From IMG/VR virus record IMGVR_UViG_3300045970_000046, positions 1 to 64,000 of that record: DNA of 64,000 nucleotides. One strand, given 5' to 3'. This document shows, in pieces, positions 1 to 7,946 of the stretch; position 1 is the first letter of the stretch, and every line of letters starts with the position of its first letter. The notes beneath the pieces were generated by a model. It saw only the letters and a list, made by a program, of their open reading frames with translations, ran no database searches and was not told the origin of the DNA. The DNA is from a virus. The translations under genes and the position numbers were made by a program.

Positions 1-64
1 GGGTCCGGGTCTACCTCTGCCCCAAGCATCGAGACCGCCCCACCCCGCCCACGAAGGGAGCACC

Positions 65-325
65 GTGACTATCCCCGAACTAGAAGCGGAGATTAATCGG
101 TTATCTGCACTCCAGCAGGAGGGTGTGCACCTTACACTCTATTGGAGGGCGGAGGCTACCGAGCAGCGGGATAGGGCTATACTGGCCGAGGTTGAGCGGG
201 ATACCCTTAAGCTCTGCAACAAAGATCTCGTCCATAGGAATAAGTCTGGATCCGAACAGGTTGCCTATATGAAGGAGTATATCGCGCGTTTGGAAAAGCG
301 TATCAAGGAAGGAACCAATGCTTAA
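65..325 (+). CDS. hypothetical coiled-coil protein
   Basis: ORF with GGGAG RBS; overlaps next gene. Confidence 0.65.
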   Translation: MTIPELEAEINRLSALQQEGVHLTLYWRAEATEQRDRAILAEVERDTLKLCNKDLVHRNKSGSEQVAYMKEYIARLEKRIKEGTNA

Positions 326-593
326 TCCACTTGTTGAGGTCGTGAAAAACTACGCGATTCAGAACTACGAGAAAAGCTTCGGATGGTCTGAGGTCGTTGA
401 GTGTTACTCAGATACCGATATCGCCGATATTATCGGTACGGCCCAGACGTCAGAGGAAGCCATTCAGCTAGTGAACAACATTGTAAACGTTCGGGATGAG
501 CGCTACAGTGAGGCAATTGGTCCGCTGATCGAGTGTCCTGAGTGTGGTACCAAGTTCGGTGAGAACACCGCTTGTCCTAAATGCCGTTACTAG
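318..593 (+). CDS. hypothetical protein, C-terminal zinc ribbon
   Basis: CPEC...CPKC; AAGGA RBS. Confidence 0.75.
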   Translation: MLNPLVEVVKNYAIQNYEKSFGWSEVVECYSDTDIADIIGTAQTSEEAIQLVNNIVNVRDERYSEAIGPLIECPECGTKFGENTACPKCRY

Positions 594-602
594 GAGGCAA
601 CA

Positions 603-899
603 ATGTTCGATCCTTCCGTTGAGTTGAAAATCAATAACAAGCGAGTTGCGGCTATCTGGCGAGCGAAGGATACAGGAGAGGATACGTGTGGTATTCGCCT
701 AGGGCACCTGTATATGGACACACCGGTCCGCCCGTTCCGATTCACGGATAGGCTATTCTTTGTCTGCTGGGGAGGTAAGAACCCGTGGCGTTTCTGGTTG
801 CGTCCCTTCCACTTCTCACTTAAGTTCGAGTCTTCAAAGTGGATCTACCGAAACCGGGCTCCTTGGGGACGCAAGTTCATCAAGTATGTGGAGGAGTAA
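603..899 (+). CDS. hypothetical protein
   Basis: GGAGG RBS, operon packing. Confidence 0.7.
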   Translation: MFDPSVELKINNKRVAAIWRAKDTGEDTCGIRLGHLYMDTPVRPFRFTDRLFFVCWGGKNPWRFWLRPFHFSLKFESSKWIYRNRAPWGRKFIKYVEE

Positions 900-1135
900 T
901 GTCTAGCCTTAGCGGAAACACCTATTGTCTTGGATACGTCCACCTCTACACAGACTCCGACGTTCAGACCTTCCGTGATTTAATGCTTACGGCGGGTATT
1001 GAGTCTTACGACGATGACGATGAGACTACCGCTGGAAAGCGGTTCTGCGGTAACTGCGGTTGTGAGGTTCGTGACCATCACGACAACGGTGACTGTCCTG
1101 TAGACGATTCACAGGACGGTCCTCCAGGAACCTAG
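899..1135 (+). CDS. hypothetical protein (CxxC...H...C)
   Basis: TAATG coupling and GGAGGAG RBS; start moved from 839. Confidence 0.65.
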   Translation: MSSLSGNTYCLGYVHLYTDSDVQTFRDLMLTAGIESYDDDDETTAGKRFCGNCGCEVRDHHDNGDCPVDDSQDGPPGT

Positions 1136-1185
1136 GCTCATAATTTAATTTTGTAGTATACTACTTCCTGTAGTATACGTAGGTT

Positions 1186-1629
1186 ATGACCTCGAAAAGA
1201 TGCCATAAGTGCGGTGTAACTAAGCCTGTCTCTGAATTCCATAAGCGCCGAATGTCGAAAGATGGGCTTAGTTACATCTGTATTGAATGTAATAAGAAGA
1301 AAGTAAAGGAGTATTATCAATTAGATAAGGTTAACCATAAAAAGAGAGTTAAAGCTAATAAAGAACGTACGATAATTTTAAATCGAAGCTTAATGTTAAA
1401 ATACCTTGCAAGTCATCCTTGTATAGATTGTGGTGAAACAGATATAAGAGTATTAGAATTCGATCATGTAAGAGGAAAGACCCATAATATAGCTAATATG
1501 ATGTACGACTATACATGGTCTAGTATTTTAGAAGAAATAGCTAAATGTGAAGTACGGTGCGCTAATGATCATAAGCGCCGTACTTATGTAGATTCTTATC
1601 GAGATTTAGACCTGTCGCCTAATGGTTAA
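1186..1629 (+). CDS. HNH endonuclease (homing-type)
   Basis: CxxC pairs, LEFDHV...KCEVRCANDH; AT-rich relative to flanks. Confidence 0.85.
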   Translation: MTSKRCHKCGVTKPVSEFHKRRMSKDGLSYICIECNKKKVKEYYQLDKVNHKKRVKANKERTIILNRSLMLKYLASHPCIDCGETDIRVLEFDHVRGKTHNIANMMYDYTWSSILEEIAKCEVRCANDHKRRTYVDSYRDLDLSPNG

Positions 1630-1679
1630 GGCCCTCGACTTATAATCGTTTGATTTGGGTTCGACTCCCAACAGGTCTA
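1608..1679 (+). tRNA. tRNA-Ile (anticodon TAT)
   Basis: Acceptor AGACCTG/CAGGTCT, D arm GCCT/AGGC, loop CT-TAT-AA, T arm TTGGG-TTCGACT-CCCAA; two mismatches in anticodon stem; no encoded CCA. Confidence 0.85.
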
Positions 1680-1757
1680 TTTGGATCCAATGTACGTAGA
1701 GCATGGTATAGTAGATCCGTGTAGGGTGCTGTACCCTCAAAGTGTGGGAGGTATCAC

Positions 1758-1919
1758 ATGAAGCAACTGAGCGTTAGGTTAGTGTTCTTCAACGCTGTAC
1801 GGCTGATGCTAGTCCGTTCCCCTAGATGCCACAAATATATGGAGGTATCCACTTGGATCTTCCGTAGGTTACAGAACCGACCGATTGTGTGGCTATACAC
1901 GGAGAATATCCATGACTAA
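1758..1919 (+). CDS. small hypothetical protein (53 aa, not in ORF track)
   Basis: GGAGG RBS, MKQLSVRL...NIHD*, overlaps next start. Confidence 0.5.
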   Translation: MKQLSVRLVFFNAVRLMLVRSPRCHKYMEVSTWIFRRLQNRPIVWLYTENIHD

Positions 1920-2217
1920 TCCAGAAGTTTATCCGCTGACCGCAGAGTTAGAAGTCTTTCTGAATGACCGGCTACAACAGAATAATCTACGTGGCCTAGA
2001 TTATATGGCCGCGGAGAAGCTGGTCCATACTCTTACGCATACATTTGGTGAGTATGAGCACGGTACGGCGGAAGCCATCAACTGCATGCCCGATGAGTTT
2101 ATCGAGCGTTTCAAAGACGATACGGAGCTCGGTACTCTAGTAGCCCTTAAGACCCTCAAGGCGGTGTACGAGGATATTTTCCTCTGTCACATTCTTGATA
2201 TGTCGGGGGTGGACTAA
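1912..2217 (+). CDS. hypothetical protein
   Basis: GGAG RBS before ATG 1912. Confidence 0.7.
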   Translation: MTNPEVYPLTAELEVFLNDRLQQNNLRGLDYMAAEKLVHTLTHTFGEYEHGTAEAINCMPDEFIERFKDDTELGTLVALKTLKAVYEDIFLCHILDMSGVD

Positions 2218-2492
2218 TGTATAAATTCATAGGAGGTTCTCTCTTTGGTGCTACGTTGGGCTGTCTCACGACGGCCCTTGTACTTTCCGGACTAGCCCAG
2301 ACAACCGCAGAACGTGTAAGGCGCCTTCCGATGGATAGTGCGCTTTTGAAAAGAATGGACGAGCTCGAGGTAAAGCTGGTAGCTAAAGCTAAGCCCAACT
2401 GCTTCGTCGTGGATAAGTTCGATATAGCTATCTACCCTATCGAGAACCTCGGTAAGCACAGGGTTGAAAAGCCCGAACTAGTCCGTAATTAA
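2217..2492 (+). CDS. hypothetical membrane/exported protein
   Basis: N-terminal hydrophobic segment; TAATG coupling. Confidence 0.65.
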   Translation: MYKFIGGSLFGATLGCLTTALVLSGLAQTTAERVRRLPMDSALLKRMDELEVKLVAKAKPNCFVVDKFDIAIYPIENLGKHRVEKPELVRN

Positions 2493-2505
2493 TCAATACC
2501 TACAA

Positions 2506-2565
2506 GGCCGAAATCCCCCGTATTTGCGGGGGATCTACCCGTTTATGCGGGTACTGACGAGGGCC
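2506..2565 (+). ncRNA. type II hammerhead ribozyme
   Basis: GGCC-GAAA-[TCCCCCG/CGGGGGA]-TC-[TACCCG/CGGGTA]-CTGACGA-G-GGCC; predicted cut after AUC at 2535. Confidence 0.85.
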
Positions 2566-2592
2566 AGAAGATCCCCGTGGAAAGGACACGAG

Positions 2593-2994
2593 ATGGACAA
2601 CGATCAGGAACGAGATACACAGGAAGAGCAGTATTGGAAGAACCACTGCAGTGAATGCGACTGCTCACCCTGTACCTGTGCAAGCGAGGAGAAGAGCTTT
2701 TTCTGTGTAGCTATTTATCTACACGATAAAGAGTTTGGTGGTCCGGAGGAGGGTGGCTGGTGGTATTCAACCTACGAGCCGGTTAAGTCCTACGCCCATA
2801 TGACCCGGGTATATAAAACTCATAACGAGGCTGTACTGTATCAATTTAAACTTAAGAAAGAGATTATCCTACTGGGACTGAACGACGACCGTCGTTCGGT
2901 AGACTCAGTTCTTTCAGACGGTGAGGTTGTAGCTTACATCACGGAGAACGAGTATCCGTGTCATCTCCCAAAGGAGCGCCCTTACTATGAGTAA
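2593..2994 (+). CDS. hypothetical phage protein
   Basis: AAAGGA RBS; FGGPEEGGWWY motif; start moved from 2524. Confidence 0.75.
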   Translation: MDNDQERDTQEEQYWKNHCSECDCSPCTCASEEKSFFCVAIYLHDKEFGGPEEGGWWYSTYEPVKSYAHMTRVYKTHNEAVLYQFKLKKEIILLGLNDDRRSVDSVLSDGEVVAYITENEYPCHLPKERPYYE

Positions 2995-3178
2995 GACTGT
3001 ACCATGCGGTGAGTGTCCTAGTTGTGAGCAAGGACATACCTATAGGTGCTCCAGTCCTGTCGGTGTATGCGAATGCGGACACCCTATGGTTATCGAGCCA
3101 CCGAATTGTGCCCCGATTCCCCACTGTGAACTCTGCCATACGTGGCATTACAAAGGGCATCCATGCAAGCCATTGTAA
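2987..3178 (+). CDS. small Cys/His-rich protein
   Basis: multiple CxxC; overlaps both neighbours in operon. Confidence 0.6.
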   Translation: MSKTVPCGECPSCEQGHTYRCSSPVGVCECGHPMVIEPPNCAPIPHCELCHTWHYKGHPCKPL

Positions 3179-3414
3179 CGAGGTTCATGCCTCCTACTAA
3201 TCACCGAAACCCGCGTATCAAAGTTGAAGCGGCAGCTGGGAAGATGATTGTTAACTGGGTGGATCAGTTAAGTATAGAAGAGAATCACCGTAGTGCGGCT
3301 ATGAAGTTTGTCGTGAAGTTTGATTGGCCTAGGAATGACTGGTATCAGGGAACGATGCCGGATGGAACGGGTGATGTATTCGTGTGTATTCCACGCAAAG
3401 GGAGCTATCGGTGA
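3163..3414 (+). CDS. hypothetical phage protein
   Basis: MQAIVTRFMPPTNHRNPRIKV start typical of a recurrent phage family. Confidence 0.75.
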   Translation: MQAIVTRFMPPTNHRNPRIKVEAAAGKMIVNWVDQLSIEENHRSAAMKFVVKFDWPRNDWYQGTMPDGTGDVFVCIPRKGSYR

Positions 3415-3683
3415 AAATCACAGACACGTTCAAGGGTTATCCTCTTATCGCTTGGTGCAACACCGAAGTCCAAAGTGATAATAAGAAATGCGGCTTTTTT
3501 CTTGTTCAGACAAGAGAGACAACGGGTCCAAGCTATGGTCAGCAGGCCGAGTGGTGCGTCGCCTTCTATCGAGATGGTGACCACGAGTGGACTACTGGTT
3601 ACTACACGCAGTCTCTGAAGGATGCGTACGAGAATTTCATCAAGCGTACTATCGGAATGATGAGGCGTCCAAATGAGGACTAA
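3411..3683 (+). CDS. hypothetical protein
   Basis: GTGA coupling, GGGAG RBS. Confidence 0.65.
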   Translation: MKITDTFKGYPLIAWCNTEVQSDNKKCGFFLVQTRETTGPSYGQQAEWCVAFYRDGDHEWTTGYYTQSLKDAYENFIKRTIGMMRRPNED

Positions 3684-4092
3684 CTTCGACGGGGATAGTG
3701 ACTACGGTGACAATGAAGATGTTGGAATGGACCACGGTCCAGATGGTGAGGACGATGAGGTACCACACACGTTCCGTCGGGGATGTCCACACTGCAGTAA
3801 GCCTTCGAGTCGGTGTGGTTGTGAGCTCGACGGACCGGACGATATCGATGGCGTTGGGTTTGCAGATCCGGGTGGAGGTTCGGCTTTGCGAGCGGCTACG
3901 TGCTTCAATCCGCGGGATAGGCCGTGCCCTAGCTGTCATCGGGCCGGAATGCTGACACGAATTGACGTACAGCGTGGTTATCAGTGTGACTACTGCGCTA
4001 ATGCGGCAGAGCGTGGAGACGATAGTAACGAGTACGACTGTGGTGGTGCTGCGGGTGGATGTCAGATCTGCAAGGAAAACGAGGAGAACTAA
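3673..4092 (+). CDS. acidic, Cys-rich hypothetical protein
   Basis: several CxxC motifs. Confidence 0.7.
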   Translation: MRTNFDGDSDYGDNEDVGMDHGPDGEDDEVPHTFRRGCPHCSKPSSRCGCELDGPDDIDGVGFADPGGGSALRAATCFNPRDRPCPSCHRAGMLTRIDVQRGYQCDYCANAAERGDDSNEYDCGGAAGGCQICKENEEN

Positions 4093-4379
4093 TGAAAGCC
4101 GTTATTCCGTCTGAGGTAGGAATCGCAACAGCTACAAATCGTCCGCAATTCCTTAGTATTCTAAAGCAGCGTATCCTAGCTGGTGATAAGGTCCTTTCTC
4201 CAGAAGAGGGGTTAGGACTACTCGAGTCTCTCTCCGAGTGTATGGAGCTACTCGAGGGACAGCGCCGTATCGTAAGGGGCTACGAGGCCCAGATCGACAC
4301 GGTACGTTTTCTACATGATGAGTATACGACGAAGCACGCGGAACTGAGCGTGGCTCTTAGCGATCTTTTCAAGAATTAA
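4092..4379 (+). CDS. hypothetical coiled-coil protein
   Basis: TAATG coupling, GAGGAG RBS. Confidence 0.7.
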   Translation: MKAVIPSEVGIATATNRPQFLSILKQRILAGDKVLSPEEGLGLLESLSECMELLEGQRRIVRGYEAQIDTVRFLHDEYTTKHAELSVALSDLFKN

Positions 4380-4430
4380 AACTCTCGATCACATGAAGCG
4401 GAGGGATCCAAATAGTAAGGATGGATCACA

Positions 4431-4459
4431 TTGACACGGTACGTCGTACGAAGTATGTT
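4431..4459 (+). promoter_or_regulatory. sigma70-type promoter
   Basis: TTGACA-17 bp-TATGTT in intergenic gap upstream of 4536. Confidence 0.7.
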
Positions 4460-4535
4460 CCCCCTGTAGTTAACGCGGTTCAAAAATGACGAGGACCGCT
4501 TCACCTAAACCGTAGCTTCATATAAGAGGAAAATC

Positions 4536-4952
4536 ATGTCTGAGACCCCTGTTGTTGAGACCACGAAGAACGAGTCTGTTTCCCCTACCGCGGCGGCCGA
4601 GGCTGCTTCGGTTCCTGCCGTTGTGGCCGAGAAGGTCAAGAAGGTTAAGGAGCCGAAGGCCCCCCGCGTGACCCTCGCCAAGCAGAACGGCGTTACCCGT
4701 CCGGGTGGCGGGCTGACTGGTAAGGTCTGGGAGTGCGCTGATCGGATCTCGGCGGCCGTTGGTGCCCCGGCCCCGCGTAAGCAGGTGATGGAGGAGCTGG
4801 TGGCCGCTGGCGTCAATCAGGCGACCATCGCTACCCAGTACGGCCGGTGGCGCAAGTTCAACGGCCTTGGCAAGGAGAAGGCCCCTGTCGCTGACGCCGC
4901 CGCGGCTCCTGCTGCCGGTGGTGACACGACTGTAGAGACCCCTAAGGCGTAA
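4536..4952 (+). CDS. putative DNA-binding (HTH-like) protein, paralog of 6237
   Basis: TGKVWECAD...RKQV..E...GVNQATIATQYGRW; Ala/Lys-rich flanks. Confidence 0.7.
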   Translation: MSETPVVETTKNESVSPTAAAEAASVPAVVAEKVKKVKEPKAPRVTLAKQNGVTRPGGGLTGKVWECADRISAAVGAPAPRKQVMEELVAAGVNQATIATQYGRWRKFNGLGKEKAPVADAAAAPAAGGDTTVETPKA

Positions 4953-4990
4953 TTCGCCCACGCCCGCCTAGTTACGCTTAGGTGAGTCGG

Positions 4991-5026
4991 AGGAGCCCTT
5001 TCAGAAATGGAGGGGCTCCTTTTTTA
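4991..5026 (+). terminator. intrinsic terminator
   Basis: AGGAGCCCTT...AGGGGCTCCT followed by T run. Confidence 0.8.
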
Positions 5027-5028
5027 TT

Positions 5029-5099
5029 GGCCCCATCGTCTATCGGTAGGACGCCACCCTTTCAAGGTGAGAAGCCGGGTTCGACTCCCGGTGGGGTCA
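5029..5099 (+). tRNA. tRNA-Glu (TTC)
   Basis: GGCCCCA/TGGGGTC acceptor, CT-TTC-AA loop, CCGGG-TTCGACT-CCCGG. Confidence 0.95.
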
Positions 5100-5102
5100 T
5101 TC

Positions 5103-5184
5103 GGATGAGTGGCGGAATTGGCAGACGCTCGAGACTTAGGATCTCGTGACGAAAGTCGTGAGGGTTCGATTCCCTCCTCATCCA
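5103..5184 (+). tRNA. tRNA-Leu (TAG)
   Basis: GGATGAG/CTCATCC, CT-TAG-GA loop, long variable arm. Confidence 0.95.
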
Positions 5185-5186
5185 TT

Positions 5187-5293
5187 CGGGGGTACCCACG
5201 GCGCAAGCTATTCCCTCGTCAGGCGAGTACGTTAGCATCGAGGCCCGTAATTAAGCCACCTCGAAACGGGGCTTTCGCCTTCTCCCCCGTCCA
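5187..5293 (+). ncRNA. unassigned structured RNA between tRNAs
   Basis: CGGGGG/CCCCCG closing stem then TCCA; GGCG-C-AAGC/GCTT-T-CGCC; further internal helices. Confidence 0.45.
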
Positions 5294-5352
5294 CTCCATT
5301 AACGTATAAGCCGAATAATAGTCCCTAGAATAAGCTAGGGCTGTGGTCTTTC

Positions 5353-5423
5353 TGGGGTATCGTCTAATGGCAGGACGTCAGATTTTGGATCTGACTATGG
5401 AGGTTCGACCCCTTCTACCCCAA
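5353..5423 (+). tRNA. tRNA-Gln (TTG)
   Basis: TGGGGTA/TACCCCA, TCAGA-TT-TTG-GA-TCTGA, T arm. Confidence 0.95.
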
Positions 5424-5452
5424 TGCAGTTCACAATGTGGAAAGGAGCACAT

Positions 5453-5656
5453 ATGACACAAGAGGAGAAACTAGTCTACCTCCGTAGCCAGATTGTTTGT
5501 ATGGAAGCGGAGATAAAAGGTATGGAGGTAGAAAACCTAGAGCGTGAGCGTAACGGTTATGCTCCAGCTTACGACGGTAAGGCGTTCTACGAGCTAAGCT
5601 CCAAGTATGGCCTTAATCATAACCAAGTAATCGGTTATCTTACAGATAGGAGGTAG
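5453..5656 (+). CDS. hypothetical protein
   Basis: AAGGAG RBS before ATG 5453. Confidence 0.7.
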   Translation: MTQEEKLVYLRSQIVCMEAEIKGMEVENLERERNGYAPAYDGKAFYELSSKYGLNHNQVIGYLTDRR

Positions 5657-5657
5657 T

Positions 5658-6086
5658 GTGGGCGTCCGAACTGTAGGCATGTGGAATAATAGCTACTCCA
5701 TCGACGGCCTCTCTGATATCCGTTGGTTAGTGACTTGGGTCGGAGGCCATATAGCTGTTATCGAGGATACCTATGTAGTTAGTAAGGAGCCATTCACACA
5801 AGAGGAAGCGAACCAGTCGTACAACGAGTGGTTACGTGAAATGGACGCCGCTGTTCCCGAGGAACCCGCAGTGTGGCTATTCAACGACGTTATTTACCGT
5901 GTCGTTGAAGGCAAAGATAAGAACGCCAAAGAGTTCTTCTGCCAAAACCTAGCCGACGCTGATTTAGACTGGGAAACGTATGACGAGTATGAAAGGGCTC
6001 GTGATTTGAAGTTAGGGGAACAGTTCCAGAGTGAAGACGGTCACCTCTGGATTACGCGTATTCTAACGCCGTTTCCGGATGAGTAA
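5658..6086 (+). CDS. hypothetical acidic protein
   Basis: AGGAGG RBS, ORF. Confidence 0.7.
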   Translation: MGVRTVGMWNNSYSIDGLSDIRWLVTWVGGHIAVIEDTYVVSKEPFTQEEANQSYNEWLREMDAAVPEEPAVWLFNDVIYRVVEGKDKNAKEFFCQNLADADLDWETYDEYERARDLKLGEQFQSEDGHLWITRILTPFPDE

Positions 6087-6127
6087 GCCCCATTCAGTAG
6101 TTTTTTGATCCCAGTGCAAATTCTCCC

Positions 6128-6156
6128 TTGCAACACAATACGGGGTATAATATCCT
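6128..6156 (+). promoter_or_regulatory. probable promoter
   Basis: TTGCAA at 6128, TATAAT at 6146 and TATCCT at 17-bp spacing; register ambiguous. Confidence 0.5.
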
Positions 6157-6236
6157 GGGACGCATCAAAGGCATCTATAGGTCGTGCACGTAGTGGGCGC
6201 AACAATATGGACCCCTATTACAGGAGGGCGTAGCTA

Positions 6237-6923
6237 ATGATCGAAGAGACCAAGCCGAGGCGCGAAGGTAAGGTTTACGAGCTGAAAAAGTCCGCTGTTC
6301 GTGCTGCTAGGGAGGACGGACTCGAAGAGGGTCAGTTCACCGTTAAGCAGACGAATAAGGGTTTTGCTTACGAGAAGAGTGGTAGTAAGAAGAACGGTGA
6401 GGAGAAGGTAAAGGCCGCTCCCCCTAAGCCGAAGGTTGAGGATAAGCCAAAGGCTGAAGTTAAGAAGTCCGTCAAGAAGAAGGACCCCATTCAGGAACAG
6501 CTTGATAAGGACCTAACCGAGGCTAGTGAGGCTCGTAAGGCTGAACGGGCCCGTATCGCGGCAGAAACTCCCCCAATTCCGGAAGTCACTACCAAGGTTC
6601 CGGTCCCGGAGGTTCGGACTAAGTCGGCCACGTCAACGGAGGGTGGGCCTCCTCCGATGCGTACAGCCGTTGCTGAACGTGTTAAGGTTGTGAACGACGG
6701 TAAGTTGCACAAGTCCCTCCTCGAGTCTCCGACCAAGCGTGTTTGGTCTATAGCCGAAGAGCTTGTGGCTGCTAATCCAGCTATTACCCGTAAGCAGGTT
6801 ATAGCTGAGTGTGAGAGGCTTGGTATCGCCTATTACACCGCCCGTACTCAGTATCAGCAGTGGTTGACGACTCTCCGTGAGTCTAAGGCTAATGCCGGTA
6901 AGGTTCACGTGAAGGAGAAGTAG
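6237..6923 (+). CDS. Lys/Glu-rich protein with C-terminal HTH-like domain, paralog of 4536
   Basis: TKRVWSIAE...RKQVIAE...GIAYYTARTQYQQW. Confidence 0.75.
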   Translation: MIEETKPRREGKVYELKKSAVRAAREDGLEEGQFTVKQTNKGFAYEKSGSKKNGEEKVKAAPPKPKVEDKPKAEVKKSVKKKDPIQEQLDKDLTEASEARKAERARIAAETPPIPEVTTKVPVPEVRTKSATSTEGGPPPMRTAVAERVKVVNDGKLHKSLLESPTKRVWSIAEELVAANPAITRKQVIAECERLGIAYYTARTQYQQWLTTLRESKANAGKVHVKEK

Positions 6924-6950
6924 TTGCACCGGGGTCGTAAGACCCCGTCT

Positions 6951-7033
6951 GGGGCCGTGGTGGAATGGTAGACGCAGGGGACTTAAAATCCCCAGATCGC
7001 GAGATCGTCCCGGTTCGAGTCCGGGCGGCCCTA
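6951..7033 (+). tRNA. tRNA-Leu (TAA)
   Basis: GGGGCCG/CGGCCCT, GGGGA-CT-TAA-AA-TCCCC, variable arm. Confidence 0.95.
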
Positions 7034-7049
7034 ATGCAGTAGAAGTGTC

Positions 7050-7344
7050 GGGCCTGAACTGGTTTCGACAGGGAACCGAAAGTAGTAGATGCGTGCCGTG
7101 GTTGGTCAGCAGGCCACGTAAAAAGCAGACCAAACAGAGAAGCGAACGAGCCCATGGCTCTGCTAGCTGTAGCGTAAGTTACACTAGCCGTTGTACCGGA
7201 AGGACCTCGAGTACCGGATACAACGTCATACACGAGGATCGTAGTTAGTACCGTATCAAAGATGTACCGGCTCCGGTAGAGCTACGCACGTAGTATCTGC
7301 TATACTAGATTTTCTGGACCGGGGTTCGATTCCCCGCAGGTCCA
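7050..7344 (+). ncRNA. ssrA: tmRNA
   Basis: 5' GGGCCTG-AACTGGTTTCGAC; 3' GACCGGGG-TTCGATT-CCCCG-CAGGTCC-A with G3.U wobble; pk1; tag ORF 7142-7177 ANEPMALLAVA*. Confidence 0.93.
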
Positions 7345-7353
7345 TGTTGTTCG

Positions 7354-7398
7354 CGTGGGTAGGGGACCTCCGGTGAGTGCCGGGGGTCCTTTACTCGT
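7354..7398 (+). terminator. strong hairpin after tmRNA (terminator or processing site)
   Basis: GGGTAGGGGACCTCCGG/CCGGGGGTCCTTTACTC. Confidence 0.5.
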
Positions 7399-7464
7399 TT
7401 AAGAAACGCTATGGCAATCCTGTCATGGCGTTTTGTCGTTTAAATACCAAGTGAGAGGTTCCAC

Positions 7465-7794
7465 ATGGGAAAGTCGCAGGTTGTCGTCAAACGTTCTAAG
7501 CAGGTAATGGAGAGGTTTAGGGACTCAATCTACGAAGCGACAACCGGTAGAAATTACGAGTCCCTTCTAGTGTCCTCCGCTAGGGCTCGTTATAAGATTA
7601 AGAAGCTTAAAGAGCCCACGCCTCGTCAGGCACGGGCTCTTCGTTTTGTGTGGATGAGAAAACTAACCTTCGAAGACTGTATCGGGATTAACTGGGTAGA
7701 TCTTGGTGGTCTGTTCTGCCGTGGTTATCTCACTTGGGACGGTGATAAACTTGTCGTCATCAAAGACGCCGAAAAGTTCTTTCTCGATCGGTAA
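7465..7794 (+). CDS. hypothetical basic protein
   Basis: GAGG RBS, ORF. Confidence 0.7.
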   Translation: MGKSQVVVKRSKQVMERFRDSIYEATTGRNYESLLVSSARARYKIKKLKEPTPRQARALRFVWMRKLTFEDCIGINWVDLGGLFCRGYLTWDGDKLVVIKDAEKFFLDR

Positions 7795-7945
7795 TACGAT
7801 TCCAGAGAATATTCCTAGTGGAAAAAAGTGGGTCTGCCAGTCATGTGGTTTTCAATGGAATAGTGTTCAGCGTATTAGGTGTAGGAAGTGTGCTAAACGT
7901 AAAACCACTGATGTGACTACCTGGAACTATACTAGAAAGGATTAG
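7703..7945 (+). CDS. small zinc-ribbon protein (true start uncertain, probably near 7790)
   Basis: CQSC...CRKC fills gap between neighbours. Confidence 0.4.
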   Translation: MVVCSAVVISLGTVINLSSSKTPKSSFSIGNTIPENIPSGKKWVCQSCGFQWNSVQRIRCRKCAKRKTTDVTTWNYTRKD

Positions 7946-7946
7946 A

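Noticed and set aside
2524-2592. N-terminal extension of the 2524 ORF
   Set aside because: Occupied by the hammerhead; a better RBS and ATG lie at 2593
5024-5309. ORFs 5024..5206 (-) and 5109..5309 (+)
   Set aside because: They overlap clear tRNA genes; shadow ORFs
5185-5350. Theta/HDV-like, twister or pistol ribozyme, or true SRP RNA
   Set aside because: Could not build the required helices or the GNRA domain IV hairpin; kept only as an unassigned RNA
6633-7248. ORFs 6633..7133, 6889..7233 and 7045..7248
   Set aside because: They overlap tRNA-Leu and the tmRNA; only the tag frame is meaningful
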